A stretch of DNA of 63,831 nucleotides, filler included, from Octopus bimaculoides (GCF_001194135.2; 4 parts of 3 records of this genome joined end to end with filler, not necessarily neighbours in it); one strand, 5' to 3'. Shown: positions 38,764 to 51,217, counted from the whole stretch's first letter. Notes: generated from the letters alone by a model not told the origin. Numbers and translations: made by a program.

Positions 38764-40964
38764 NNNNNNNNNNATATATATATATATATATATATACATG
38801 TGTGTGTATGAGTTTATAATCATGTATGCTAAATATATTAGTAGTTTTATATACTTCATTCATTAAATATTTTTTCTGATATTAATATATATTTTTGTTT
38901 AAAGATTGATTTGTTTTCTTTTTTCTTTTGTTATTTGTATATGTTATAATTTAATATTTTAATTTAGTAATTAATTAACCGGGGTGAATTGGCAGAGCTA
39001 AATACCATATCTTAATCAAAACAAATAAAATTTGTCATTTAATAACGTTTTCCAGGCGGTTTTTAATTCAGCCACCGAGATTGACAAGTACGTCATTTGT
39101 CGCACCGAAGTTTACATTTAGCTATAAAAAATATTATTATAAACATTCAGGCCTATAGACTAGTGGAGCGCCGGCTGAAATGTCATGTGGTATTAAGTTA
39201 CAACACACTATATTTCGAAATCAAAGCCCACCACGGCCGACTTTAATGTTGAATAATATTTACTTCCAAATCCTTCAATACACCCATAGATTCTTCTCTA
39301 TAATTGCTGGCATATTCATTTATAGAGTCAGAGAATGATAAGCCGTTATCGGTGTACAATTTGTGGTTGTGCGTTGTGGTGCACTCTTTGACCGTCTGAA
39401 AAAATAACACCACTACTCCGATAGATACTGTTCCTTCCCATATTCACATGGAGTCATCAAAAAAGAAGACATTACCTTTATTGACCCAATAGAAAACGCC
39501 ATATTATAGCAGCGAATTCCTTGTGTAACCTATTCACTAATTATAGAAGTCCAAGGTTTGGCAGCTGAATGATTCAGATATAATCGACAAGCTTTCGATC
39601 AGAAGTCTGTAGGTATGACTGTGTGTCTAAGAGATTAATTCGGTTCATTTTCTAAAATTTCTTTATTGTACCGATTCTGAAAAAAGTAACTTTTTTTTCG
39701 ATGCAAGGAAAGCACTACAGAACGGCACATCTGCTGCACTGTTAATCAAAACTTGTGGAACTCTTAATTTTGAAGTTAACTGTGTCAAAAATACAGTTAC
39801 TAAAAATACTTCATTCAAGAATGCTGTTGCTAAAAATATTTGATTTCTTGGAAGTGATTAGCCTACATTTTAGCCTAGTGAGGACATAGTTTTGGGGTCC
39901 TTAAAAGTTGTATAAAGTTTGTGAATACCAAATCTGGGCTTGTAATCTATATTTTACTGGGATACGAGCTACTTGGTTTCTGTATTTATTGTTGGCTTGT
40001 GAATTTCTTTTTTGTAAGAGCGTGTGTATGTGTGTGTGTGTGTGTGTGCGTGTGTGTGTATGTGTGTGGGTGTGTGTGTGTGTGTGTGTGTGTTTTAAAT
40101 TGATCAGTTGGTATATTGTTGTGAAATTTGCATATATTTTTGATTAGTGTGTAAATATGTGAACGTTAAACGATTATTTGAATACTTTACATACACATAT
40201 ACAATAGCACATTCACGCACACACACGCACCCACACACACACACACTTACACGGTGTATGTATGTGTGCGGATCCGTACGTATTTGTAAGGGAGGGCTGT
40301 TGTGTCTAGCAAATTATTTTTTAATGAAATTTTCTCACCGTGTTTTGTGTGTATATGCATATTCATGTCTATGTATGTGTGTGCATGTGTGTATCTACGT
40401 ACATTTGAATGTGTGTTAAATGTATCAAATGTTTCATTCTTTTTATTCCTTAAAGCGTTTTTTATGCTGTTATTAACTTTTATTTTAAAGTCATTTGTAT
40501 ATTTACTTTTGCATATATTATAATTTATTTTAATTTAGTAATTAATTAACTGGCGAGGATTGACAGGACTAAATACCAGTTTTTGGCGGAGAAATCATGA
40601 CAAAAAAAAAATAATATATTTTAATTAGGGAGTTCCGACCATGTTGAAGTCAAATACCAACATTGACAAATTCTCTATTTATTTCACTAGATTTGACAGA
40701 TGACTACAAAACGAAATATAATTAGAGGCACTGAAGGCTATAGATTAGCGGGACGTTGGAAAAATTAATTGAAACGTCTTTTTTCCTAATCCCTTTACGT
40801 TTTCATTTTAAATACCGCCGAAGTTAACTTGGCTGCTCATTCTTTCGTCTTCGATAAGTAAAGACTATACTAGTACATTACCTGAGTCGATATAATTGAA
40901 TATAACTTTCGAGAAAAACAGTGGCCTTGATCCTATATCACAGTCAGTATTGTGGGTTTCATTA

Positions 40965-41545
40965 AGGCGGCGAGCTGGCAGAATCGTTAGCACGCCGGGC
41001 AAAATGCTTAGCGGCATTTCATCCGTCTTTACGTTCTGAATTCAAATTCCACCGAGGTTGACTTTACTATTCATCCTTTCGAGGTCGATAAAATAAGTAC
41101 CAGTCAAGGATTGGGATCGATGTAATCGACTTGTCCCCTCCACCAAATGTGCTGGCCTCACACCAAAATTTGAAATCAATATTATGGATTTCATTTCAGA
41201 GCAAATTCTGCTGATGTCCACTTTGTCTTTCATATTTTCTGGGTCGATAAAATAAATACCAGTTGAGTACTGGGGTTGATTAAATCGAATTATCCCCTCA
41301 CCCGAAATTGCTGGTCTTGTGCTAAAATTTGAAACCAATATTACAGATTTAATACGATGGTGAGTTCCCAGAATCTGCAGCGTGGACAGAATACACAGCG
41401 GCATTTGTTCCGACTTCATTAAGTCAAATTACTCCGAGATCCACTTTACTTTTATTCTTTCGGAGTCGACAACAACAACAACAACAAAAACACGATCGAA
41501 TACTGGGTTTGTTGTAATCCACTTCCCAAATTTTTGCCAAAAAAT
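40965..41545 (+). mobile_element. Tandem cluster of 2-3 SINE family A copies
   Basis: GGCGGCGAGCTGGCAGAATCGTTAGCACGCCGGG head; the body GTCGATAAAATAA.TACCAG occurs at ~41085 and ~41245, with a decayed third copy at ~41460. Confidence 0.85.
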
Positions 41546-42787
41546 TTTTTTTTTTTAATGTTTGGATTTCATAACAGCAGTTATATTAGTGAAGCGTCGA
41601 TTAAAGTGTAATGGGTATTTAGTTACGTCCCTTTAACCGTGAGGTGAAACCGACAAAGCGGATTTGTTCTTCCATTATTATGGAGATTATATAATTAACA
41701 CAACTTGCTGGTATGGCCTTATCACCTGAAAGACTCACTTTGTATGGCCTTATCACCTGGAAGACTTGTTCTGTTGTCACTATACTTTAACTCTTCTCAG
41801 TTAATCCTATTTGCATTCCATTCTATTTTAGGCTATTTTACTCTTTTAATTTTTTTATTGGTATATGTGCATGTGTGAATCTGTGTCTGTATGTGTCTGT
41901 GTTTATGTGTGCGTCAGTGTCTGTAACTGTGTGCGTTTTTCTTTCTTTTTTTCTTTTGTGACAGTGTCTAGAGATTAGAAAAGCTAGCTCGCAAGACAAA
42001 TCTCCAAAGATTTCCTGAATAAGAGGTTTTAGGCTTGAATTATAGAAATATAAGATAAAATTACAAACTATCTACTTACCTAGATTTATCTATATTAGAC
42101 AATACTTAATGAAAGCTACATAAATCAAATATATATATATATATGCATGAGTGTGTTGTGCATGTGTGTGTGTACGTGTGTGTGTGTGTCTGTGTGTGTG
42201 TTAGCTAACTTCTTGTTGCAGTTGTTTATTGTAAGAAGACATGAGAACAACGAAGACTTTTGTCTCTCAAGCTATGATTATACTGTAATTTGCACATCAT
42301 ACCAAAAACAGAATCTGTAGTCGAAGAACTTATTTTTAAATAGGATTTGAAAATCTTTATGCTCAGTAAATGCGTAGAAGTTTGAATATTTTCTAAGAGA
42401 AAAGAAGCGTGTATAAACCATGTGTAAACTATAGACAGAATTGCTTTATCTTTGTTGGTGTATGTTAGTGCGCATGCGTGTTAATACCGATGAAGTAACC
42501 AATCTGCTTATAGAGACGCGAATATGTTGTATAAAGTTTTAAAAATACCAATTATGTCTTCTGCATTCTTAAAATATGGCGGAAATTACCCGAATCCTCA
42601 GTCATGTGCTTTATCACAACATTTCTGGAAATGATTGAACACAATGTCACTGGTCATTTTAGACCCAGGAGGCACAATTCTGTTGACTTCCTGTAGAACA
42701 TTTTTTACATCAACTTCTGTTTACATCGAAGTCTTTTAGTTTTTAAACGGCAATAGACGAAAGCGATATATCCATGTATATATATGA

Positions 42788-42871
<84 letters not shown>

Positions 42872-43091
42872 GGGTGACTGTGTGTGTATGTGTGTGTGTG
42901 TGTGGAGTATATGACGAGAGAGAGAGAGAGAAAGAGAGATCATATTTCGGCTGTTCAAGTGTACAGTTACACAGATATTCTGCGACGCGTTGCTGCTTTC
43001 TCAGACACAGGAAGTTGATACATATATGTGTACAATAGATAGATAGATAGATACATACATACATACATACATACATACATACATACATACA

Positions 43092-43123
<32 letters not shown>

Positions 43124-43187
43124 CAACCTGAGACAGCAAGAGAGAGGAGGTCAGACAGACAAATTACATTAGGTATATATAAACACG

Positions 43188-43223
<36 letters not shown>

Positions 43224-43233
43224 NNNNNNNNNN

Positions 43234-43276
<43 letters not shown>

Positions 43277-43511
43277 TATGTGTATGTGCTCGTATATATG
43301 TATGTATACATAATCACCTCTATGTGTGTATGTTTTTGTGTGTGTTTAAGAATGCATAAAGCCTGTCAAATGAAGTATAGGTCGATATTGATAAGTCTTA
43401 TATGAGCAAAACGTATGTCCGGTAAAATATTTCGGAAACGCAAGTATATATAATTATATAAGATCATATGCGTGTATGATGTATGCCTGCATGTATGTAC
43501 GATATCTTTGA

Positions 43512-43547
<36 letters not shown>

Positions 43548-44162
43548 NNNNNNNNNNNNNNNNNNNNNNNNNNNNNNNNNNNNNNNNNNNNNNNNNNNNN
43601 NNNNNNNNNNNNNNNNNNNNNNNNNNNNNNNNNNNNNNNNNNNNNNNNNNNNNNNNNNNNNNNNNNNNNNNNNNNNNNNNNNNNNNNNNNNNNNNNNNNN
43701 NNNNNNNNNNNNNNNNNNNNNNNNNNNNNNNNNNNNNNNNNNNNNNNNNNNNNNNNNNNNNNNNNNNNNNNNNNNNNNNNNNNNNNNNNNNNNNNNNNNN
43801 NNNNNNNNNNNNNNNNNNNNNNNNNNNNNNNNNNNNNNNNNNNNNNNNNNNNNNNNNNNNNNNNNNNNNNNNNNNNNNNNNNNNNNNNNNNNNNNNNNNN
43901 NNNNNNNNNNNNNNNNNNNNNNNNNNNNNNNNNNNNNNNNNNNNNNNNNNNNNNNNNNNNNNNNNNNGTGTATAGGTATATATATATATGTGTGTGTGTG
44001 TGTATATATACATATGTATATATCTGTATGCATATATATGCATAAATAACTAAATATATATCAATATATATGTGTGTGTGTATGTATATATATATACATG
44101 TACATATATATATACATGCATATATATATATATGTCTATATATATATATATATATATACACA

Positions 44163-44221
<59 letters not shown>

Positions 44222-44488
44222 TGTACTTATTTAATATTGATGGTACGTAACTTATATACGTAGATATGCGAGTATATATATATACGTGTGTTTTATTCAT
44301 CAACATATGTAATGTATACACACGTATAAATGCACACGTGTCTGTGTTTTATTAATATTGTATGTTTGTGTGTGTGCGTGTGTTTGTTTCGGTTGGGGTA
44401 TGTGCATCTGTATGTGTGCGTGAGTGTGTGAGCGTTCGTGCGTGTGTACGTGTGTGTGTGTATGTGTGTGTATGTGTGTTTGTGTGTG

Positions 44489-44557
<69 letters not shown>

Positions 44558-45199
44558 TAAAGTAAAATTTTCTTATGTCTCAACTTTCTTGTTCAAACTC
44601 CGTTTCAAAACTAGCTGCGACACAGTTTTGGTCCCTCCACCACCAACTGTCTTTCTCTCCTTCACCTTCATCTCTCTCTGTCTCTCTTTCTCCACCTGTC
44701 CCTCTCTCTCTCTCTCTCTCTCTCTTGAGTGGAAATGGCACCGTGTTTTTGAAGGATTTACCATTCTGAAGCAATAAATATTTAATGCTTTGGCAGAAAC
44801 CAAAGTTGACGCTTTCTCATAAATTTTCATTTTTCACACGACTTGTTCCTCTGAGCTTAGTTTTAGAATATACGCAAATTGACTCAGATGGGTAATAGAG
44901 CATATAATCATGTTTTATATGTAAGTTTGTTCGTGTAGCGCGATAAAAATTATAAAGCGAGACTTCTATAAATTGGCTGACAGCGACGCGGTTTCGATTC
45001 TCGCAGGATTTTTATTAGAATATATTGCATATACAGATGCACGTATGTGTCGCGGCATATGTACGTGAGACAGAAAAAGATAGAGAAAACGAGAGGGGGA
45101 GAAGAAGAAGGAGAGAGAAGGGAGAGTAGCTACTGTGTGAACATCCCGGAGCCGTCCTTGAATTTCCTATACTGGCTTACATAGCAGATTCAAAATGCC

Positions 45200-45890
45200 G
45201 CCATCTGAAAAGCGTCGATGTCGAAAGTGAACGTACAGTCCTCATCTGAGGTGTTGGAACTGGCAACAGCAGATATCACCTCCAAGTCATTGGTTCTGGA
45301 TAGGTCCTTATTTCTGGGTGCGGCGTTTGTACTGCTGTTCACATACATTGCAGGCCTGGTTACTCTATTTGCATCTATGGTTTGTTCATTATCCGTGGTG
45401 GCTGTACCGGGTCTTCGGTGACGCTCTCTCTGATGTTGGTACCGTCTTGGTTATCATCTCTGAGCGGGCCCTGTAAGAATTTTTTTCAGGTCGAGTAGCC
45501 CATCCCGCTCAAAAGGTCCCTGAATAAGGTTTGTTTAAGGATGTTGAGCAAAACACCCATGTTTCCAAAGGTGAATTATTCAAACCCCAAAGAACTCCTC
45601 TCAACACATGGCTATGATGCTCCCCCACTACTTCTGTTCGTGATCAGAGATGCACATATCGTCAACCACCAAGGGACATACTCAACTGGTTAAGGTTAAA
45701 CAATTGACAAGCAAATCTGTGGTATTAAGCAGAATATTTGCTGTAGCCCATATTTTATACCAAGACAAAACAACGTACGTAATAACAACTCCAATCAATT
45801 AAGATCAGAAACCATGAGAGCCACTGCCTGGTACTGCATCAGGGCATGGTACTGCATCATTATTGGTACTGCATTATTGGTACTGCAATA
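45200..45890 (-). mobile_element. 5' end of a Dong/R4-like element (5' region plus start of an ORF-like tract) beside a (TAA)n array
   Basis: 45473-45847 aligns with 48447-48790; it continues leftward into a low-complexity open tract (..TDNEQTIDANRVTRPAMYVNSSTNAAPRNKDLSRTND..). The Dong assignment is inferred from the TAA context and the neighbouring RT. Confidence 0.6.
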
Positions 45891-46530
45891 TTATTATTAT
45901 TATTATTATGATTATTATTAATAATATTATTATCATTGTTGTTGTCGGGTCTATGTATGCGTGTAGTAAACTATACGCTATTATAGATCTATTTCAGCCG
46001 ATCTTGCCAATAGACTTCGTAAGAGCATTAGTGTGAGAAACCGTTTAATCTATCAATCCAGATTCGATTTGCTGTTACGTTGTAAAGTAATAGAATGATG
46101 TGCAAATGTGATCGAGCCATGTCCAACGTATCCATCTGTGGAGTATTGTTTATGGAGTATTACAATGTTCATTGAGTCTTCGCTTCAAACCGATTTCTAG
46201 TACAGTTCGTTGGATGTTTCGATACCGTCTTTAGAAGACCGAGGAATCTGGTAGAGACTTCATTGCTGGCTCTTTTAGCACTCCGTTAACCATGATACTC
46301 TGAATTTATAATCAAAGGTGTTCTAGTCATTGCCATGCCTTACCTTTTTTCAGGCATGGTGAATCTATGAACAAGCTATCGAATGTATTCTGTGATTCCT
46401 TGTAGGCTCTGTTGCCATGAAGTGACTCCTATTTAGATCTTTCCGTTACACAATGATAAATAACGTAGGTACGAATGTGCAAACATTTAGGACCAGGACA
46501 TTCTCCAGTTAGACAAACCTAGTACTTGGA

Positions 46531-46594
<64 letters not shown>

Positions 46595-46666
46595 GAGTGA
46601 GTGAGTGAGTGAGTGAGTGAGAGAATAGTGTATGCCATCAAAGTGACACTGGGGTATAATACACAA
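46595..46666 (-). mobile_element. Isolated 3' module of the (TAA)n-associated element
   Basis: GAGTGA..GTGTATGCCATCAAAGTGACACTGGGGTA matches 48267-48310; abuts (TTA)n at 46534-46594. Confidence 0.8.
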
Positions 46667-46899
46667 GGAGAATAAAATGCAAAAATAACCTCATCAGAAT
46701 TTGAACATTGGGAAGTACATCAATCGACCTAGTCCCAATATCCTTCTCTGATATGAAATCAATATATCAGAGATAATTGTTACTGTGATAGCTGTTGGCT
46801 GTTGTTACTGTTAAGTCCATTAGCTTTAATCAAGCTAATTAGCTCTAATCAAGCTAATTAGTATTAATCAAGCAGACATATGATCGAAAGCACATGAGC

Positions 46900-47260
46900 T
46901 ATGATGTCCTGTCTGTTATATTCCTGTCTAGGAATACATCAAACAGTACGTGTTCCTTTTATTTTTAAGAAAATATGGTGTTGTTTCGGGGCGAATTTCT
47001 TCAGACTGAGTGACAGCATTGAGATTCCTGTGGAGATACCTCTAGAAATTTACACATGCACACAATTAAATATAGATGAAATCCATTTTATACTTGTTAG
47101 AGAGTTTCAAATGTCTGGATGGTTCTATACGATTGTCACATTAATCCATCTTTGGGTTATCTGAACTTCAGAATTTCACTAAAACACGATTCTATAGTGC
47201 AACTACAATACGGAGTAAGACGTCATCGGAAAAGCGTAGAGAATTTAAAAACTGCAGTCG
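46900..47260 (-). mobile_element. Penelope-like element 3' end (GIY-YIG C-terminus remnant plus hammerhead-like core)
   Basis: Minus INxDNRIE..PDI*NSL resembles the PLE-terminal LNRDxG..P.IW.L motif; CTGAAGA..CCGAAAC lies ~100 nt downstream. Confidence 0.5.
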
Positions 47261-47320
47261 TCCTGTTACGATCGAAGAATCAATGTCCACAAAGCATAGA
47301 TGCTTGCTTTCGCATCAAAA

Positions 47321-47383
<63 letters not shown>

Positions 47384-47806
47384 AGGACAATGTACATATA
47401 TTCATGCAGACACATACGTAACTTACATGCATACCTATAGATCTACATTCGTGAATGTATACATATGAGTACTATATACGTGAGGATATTTATAAATTTG
47501 TACGTAGACAATATATAAGACAATATATAACAAGTGTTTCAACAACTAGCAAAATAACAAACAATTGACATCAAGACAGGAGACATATCTTGTTTCCGCT
47601 TCATTCATAATGTAATAAATACATATATATAGACTTACACACACGCACACATATCGAGACACACATATGCATGCGTACATGTACATAGATATGTATATAT
47701 GCATAANNNNNNNNNNNNNNNNNNNNNNNNNNNNNNNNNNNNNNNNNNNNTTAATTAATTAANNNNNNNNNNNNNNNNNNNNNNNNNNNNNNNNNNNNNN
47801 NNNNNN

Positions 47807-48150
47807 GCAGCATCCCTTCTGCTCTTCTGGAAACAGGTTGTTATTTTCCAGGTGTTTACTCAATCTCTGCGATATTATTGCAGTAAACGCTTTGTAGATC
47901 GTAGGGAGACAGGTAATAGGTCTATAGTTTTGTGGTTTCTCCGTTTCCGTGGATTTGGGGATTAAGATGGTTTTCCCTTTTGTGAGCCATTCAGGTATTG
48001 TCTCTGGATCTGCTAGTATGTTGTTAAAGTTTTCTGCCAGCTTTTTCTGCATTCCTGGCAAGTGTTTTAACCAGAAATTGGGGATCTTGTCGTGTCCAGG
48101 TGCCTTCCAGTTGCTTAGTCTTTGCAGTGTCTGGGTGACCTCTTCAGTTG
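47807..48150 (-). mobile_element. R4/Dong-clade LINE RT fragment, 5'-truncated at a (TAA)n array
   Basis: Open frame TEEVTQTLQRLSNWKAPGHDKIPNFWLKHL..PEWLTKGKTILIPK..NYRPITCLPT..LFPEEQKGCC, which are R4/Dong RT N-terminal motifs; runs into a gap. Confidence 0.92.
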
Positions 48151-48205
48151 TTATTATTATTATTACTATTATTATTATTATTAGTTCTATTATTATTATT
48201 AGTTC

Positions 48206-48266
<61 letters not shown>

Positions 48267-48806
48267 GAGTGAGAGAGCAGTGAATGCCATCAAAGTGGCA
48301 CTGGGTTAAAATATACAAAGCCTAGTAAATCAACCCTGACTACACATCTGATAAAGATACACCAGGCACATGCATCACAACCATATGTGAACAACATGGT
48401 GATCTTATATCAAGACAAACAGCGCATGACCTTACAGATGGGACCCAGTTAGAATTTTCTCCAGGTCGAGTAGCCCATCCCGCTCAAATGTCCTTGTATA
48501 AGAGTTGTTTAAGGCTGTTGAACGAAATACCCATGTTTCCAGAGATGAATTATCCAAACCCCAATGGATTCTTCTCAACACATGGCTATAATGCTCCCCG
48601 ACTACTTCAGCTCGTGATCTGAGATTCACATATCAGCCGCTAAAGGACATGCTCAACTGACAACTGACAAGCAAATCTGTGGTATTGAGCTGAATATTTG
48701 TTGTAGCCCATCTTTTATATCAAGACAAAACAATGCGCATGATAACACTTCCAGTCAAGTAAGATCAGAACCACTGTACAGCGTCAGGGCATTTTACTGC
48801 ATCAGG
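48267..48806 (-). mobile_element. Short (~540 bp) non-autonomous element flanked by (TAA)n on both sides
   Basis: The 5' ~350 bp is shared with 45473-45847 and the 3' module with 46595-46666; no RT. Confidence 0.8.
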
Positions 48807-48837
48807 AAATTTTTATTATTATTATTATCATTATACT

Positions 48838-49215
48838 TCTATATTTAAGAGATGAGGAATTGTGTACATTATTTACATTTGACAGATATTTGTCCTCATC
48901 CTGTTTGTTGTTTACACAACGTTTCGGCCGATACACCCTCCAGCATTCATCGGCCTTTCCCTAGCCTGTTTTGGGGAAATTTCGGAATCTTGGGGTTAGT
49001 AGCCCGCGCTCCTAACCAGTACGCCATATGCCCTTGGGCAATTATAGAGTGAATTTTAGAACTTCTAAATCTAATATTTTTCTATCCTTCCTTAATACCG
49101 GTTCCCATATGATATTCATATCTGAACTCGGTCTGCTTAGGAGGTTGTTCTGTCCTAGCATATGTGCTGCTTCTTTTGCAGCCCTTGTGGCAAAATTTGA
49201 AACGATAACTATTAT
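48838..49215 (-). mobile_element. Penelope-like element 3' end with tRNA-like segment and hammerhead-like motif
   Basis: Minus KEAAHMLGQNNLLSRPSSDMNIIWEPVL (GIY-YIG C-terminus-like), then a tRNA-like head at 49033-48982 and CCGATGA..GAAACGTT at 48956-48914. Confidence 0.7.
48914..48956 (-). ncRNA. Degenerate minimal hammerhead ribozyme (PLE-type)
   Basis: Minus: CCGATGA A TGCTG GAGGGTGTAT CGGCC GAAAC GTT GTG. The core has C instead of U, stem II pairs 4 of 5, and stem III is the palindrome AACGTT. Confidence 0.6.
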
Positions 49216-49231
49216 TATTAACGCAGCGAGA

Positions 49232-49425
49232 TGTCAAAACTGTTAGCAGGCCGGGTAAAATGCATGGCAGTATTTCGTCCGTCTTTATGTTCTGAGTTCA
49301 AAACCCTCCGAGGTAGACTTTGCATTTCCTCCTTCGGGTTCAATAAAATAAGTACCAGTTAAACAGTGAGTTCGAAATATTGACTTACTCCCCAGAAATT
49401 GCTGGCCTAGCTCCAACATTTAAAA
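49232..49425 (+). mobile_element. SINE family A, diverged
   Basis: GTTAGCAGGCCGGGTAAAATGC..GTTCTGAGTTCAAA..ATAAAATAAGTACCAG. Confidence 0.8.
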
Positions 49426-49429
49426 TTAC

Positions 49430-49440
49430 TATCATTATCA

Positions 49441-49489
<49 letters not shown>

Positions 49490-49546
49490 CATCATCATCA
49501 TTATCAACATCATCATCATTATTATCATTATTACTGTTACTATTAC

Positions 49547-49600
<54 letters not shown>

Positions 49601-49610
49601 TGATGTTGTT
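49430..49610. repeat. (TTA/TCA)n microsatellite
   Basis: Read directly. Confidence 0.95.
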
Positions 49611-49760
49611 ATTAATGACACTCAATTATAATGTAAAATGAAATGGTTTTCTTTCCTTCCAGCAGATGGCGTCAGTGTCTGACTCTTCTCAAGATTTCAG
49701 ATAACCATTGTGTAAGAGCGAAGAAGAACAGATGAATATGATCGTTATAATAATAATAAC

Positions 49761-49791
<31 letters not shown>

Positions 49792-50149
49792 GTAATAGTA
49801 ATGATGATAGTGATAATAATAATAATATCGAAGATTATAAAGATATAGACTATCCTTAATTAGAAGAATTTCTATTGAAACAGCAGTCAACGCAACGACC
49901 AGCAATTTTTTTTCAACTACAAAAAGAATCCTATCTGCTGCGGTATTATTGTGGTGTCCATCAGACAGAGGTTAGTATTAGTTTAATTAAGATCAGGTTG
50001 TTGTTGAAGGACAGAAGTCTGGTGAGTTCAGAAGTTAGTGAAAACGAGATTACAAATAGATAAGCTAAATGCAAGCAGATCTAATCCTGATGTCAATGGT
50101 ATGAAAATAATGTTGAATCGTAAAGTGGTGAGGATGGAGCGAGTGAGGA

Positions 50150-50700
50150 GGTTAAAAAATATTCTTCGTAATGATGTCTTTCGTGTAGAAATTAGAATAA
50201 CTGTGATTTATACATAAATCAATATCTGGCGAAAGTTTTACAACATCAAACTTGAAATTAGTTGACTTACTGTTCAATTGTGCGTGAATGGACGATGTCA
50301 TTTGAGGATAAGGAACGAGGTAAAAGTTCGTAGACTTGGTTGGCTTTATCGAGCAGACATCTAACCTAGAGGAAGCATATCCAAAGTGATAGGGTCACTC
50401 ATAAACTTAACATGATGGAAATTCCTACGTCTCTATGCAAACACAATTTATTTTTAATGACACCAGGTCTCTGGAAGCTTAAATCAGTCATTGCTAGAAT
50501 TTGAATATAGATGTGATATTCACTCATCAATTTATTTTGACTCGACTACATTGATCATTGTTTCCCGACCCCACAATAAAAGCTGATCATGCACTATTAT
50601 TTGTAACGCTTCCTTCGGTTTTACTGAGTTCGAGATCATTATAAAAAGTGACCAATTTTCTGATCTATAAAAATTAGGAACGCAAATTACAATTACATAT
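50150..50700 (+). mobile_element. Possible highly decayed LINE apurinic endonuclease remnant
   Basis: Weak late-APE motifs DYIDH and KADHALL (SDH-like). Confidence 0.3.
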
Positions 50701-51186
50701 ATCCTTCATACATTTATTAAAGAAATTAGTGGCATATCAGTATCGATTCCAAATAGGAATCGAAATCAGTTAGCAGTCCTTATTGATCTGAACCCCACAA
50801 ACATTCAACGTTCGCTGATACCAATCATGATATAATCTATTAGCATCACATTGATGAGATGCATTCAACTTAAAGAAAGAGTAAACATGCGTAGATCACA
50901 TTTTCAAGATTTATTTAATGAAATATTTTGTGAAACATCAAAAGGGATTCAGTGGAACAAAAATGAGTTCACATGACGTCACCGGCTACCGCTGTTTCAT
51001 TGAATGTTTCTACAAGCAGCATTTGTAGAGAAGATGGCAGTATGTTCATAGCTAGACAGAGGATGTTTCATAGTTGTTTCCTGGTATGCGTACTAAACGC
51101 GACAAAAAGCTAAACTGTGGTGTCCCAGTTCCAATTAGAGAAGATTTTTCGCGGTCTCTTTTCAGAAGAGCATTTTCCATGTGGAG

Positions 51187-51217
<31 letters not shown>

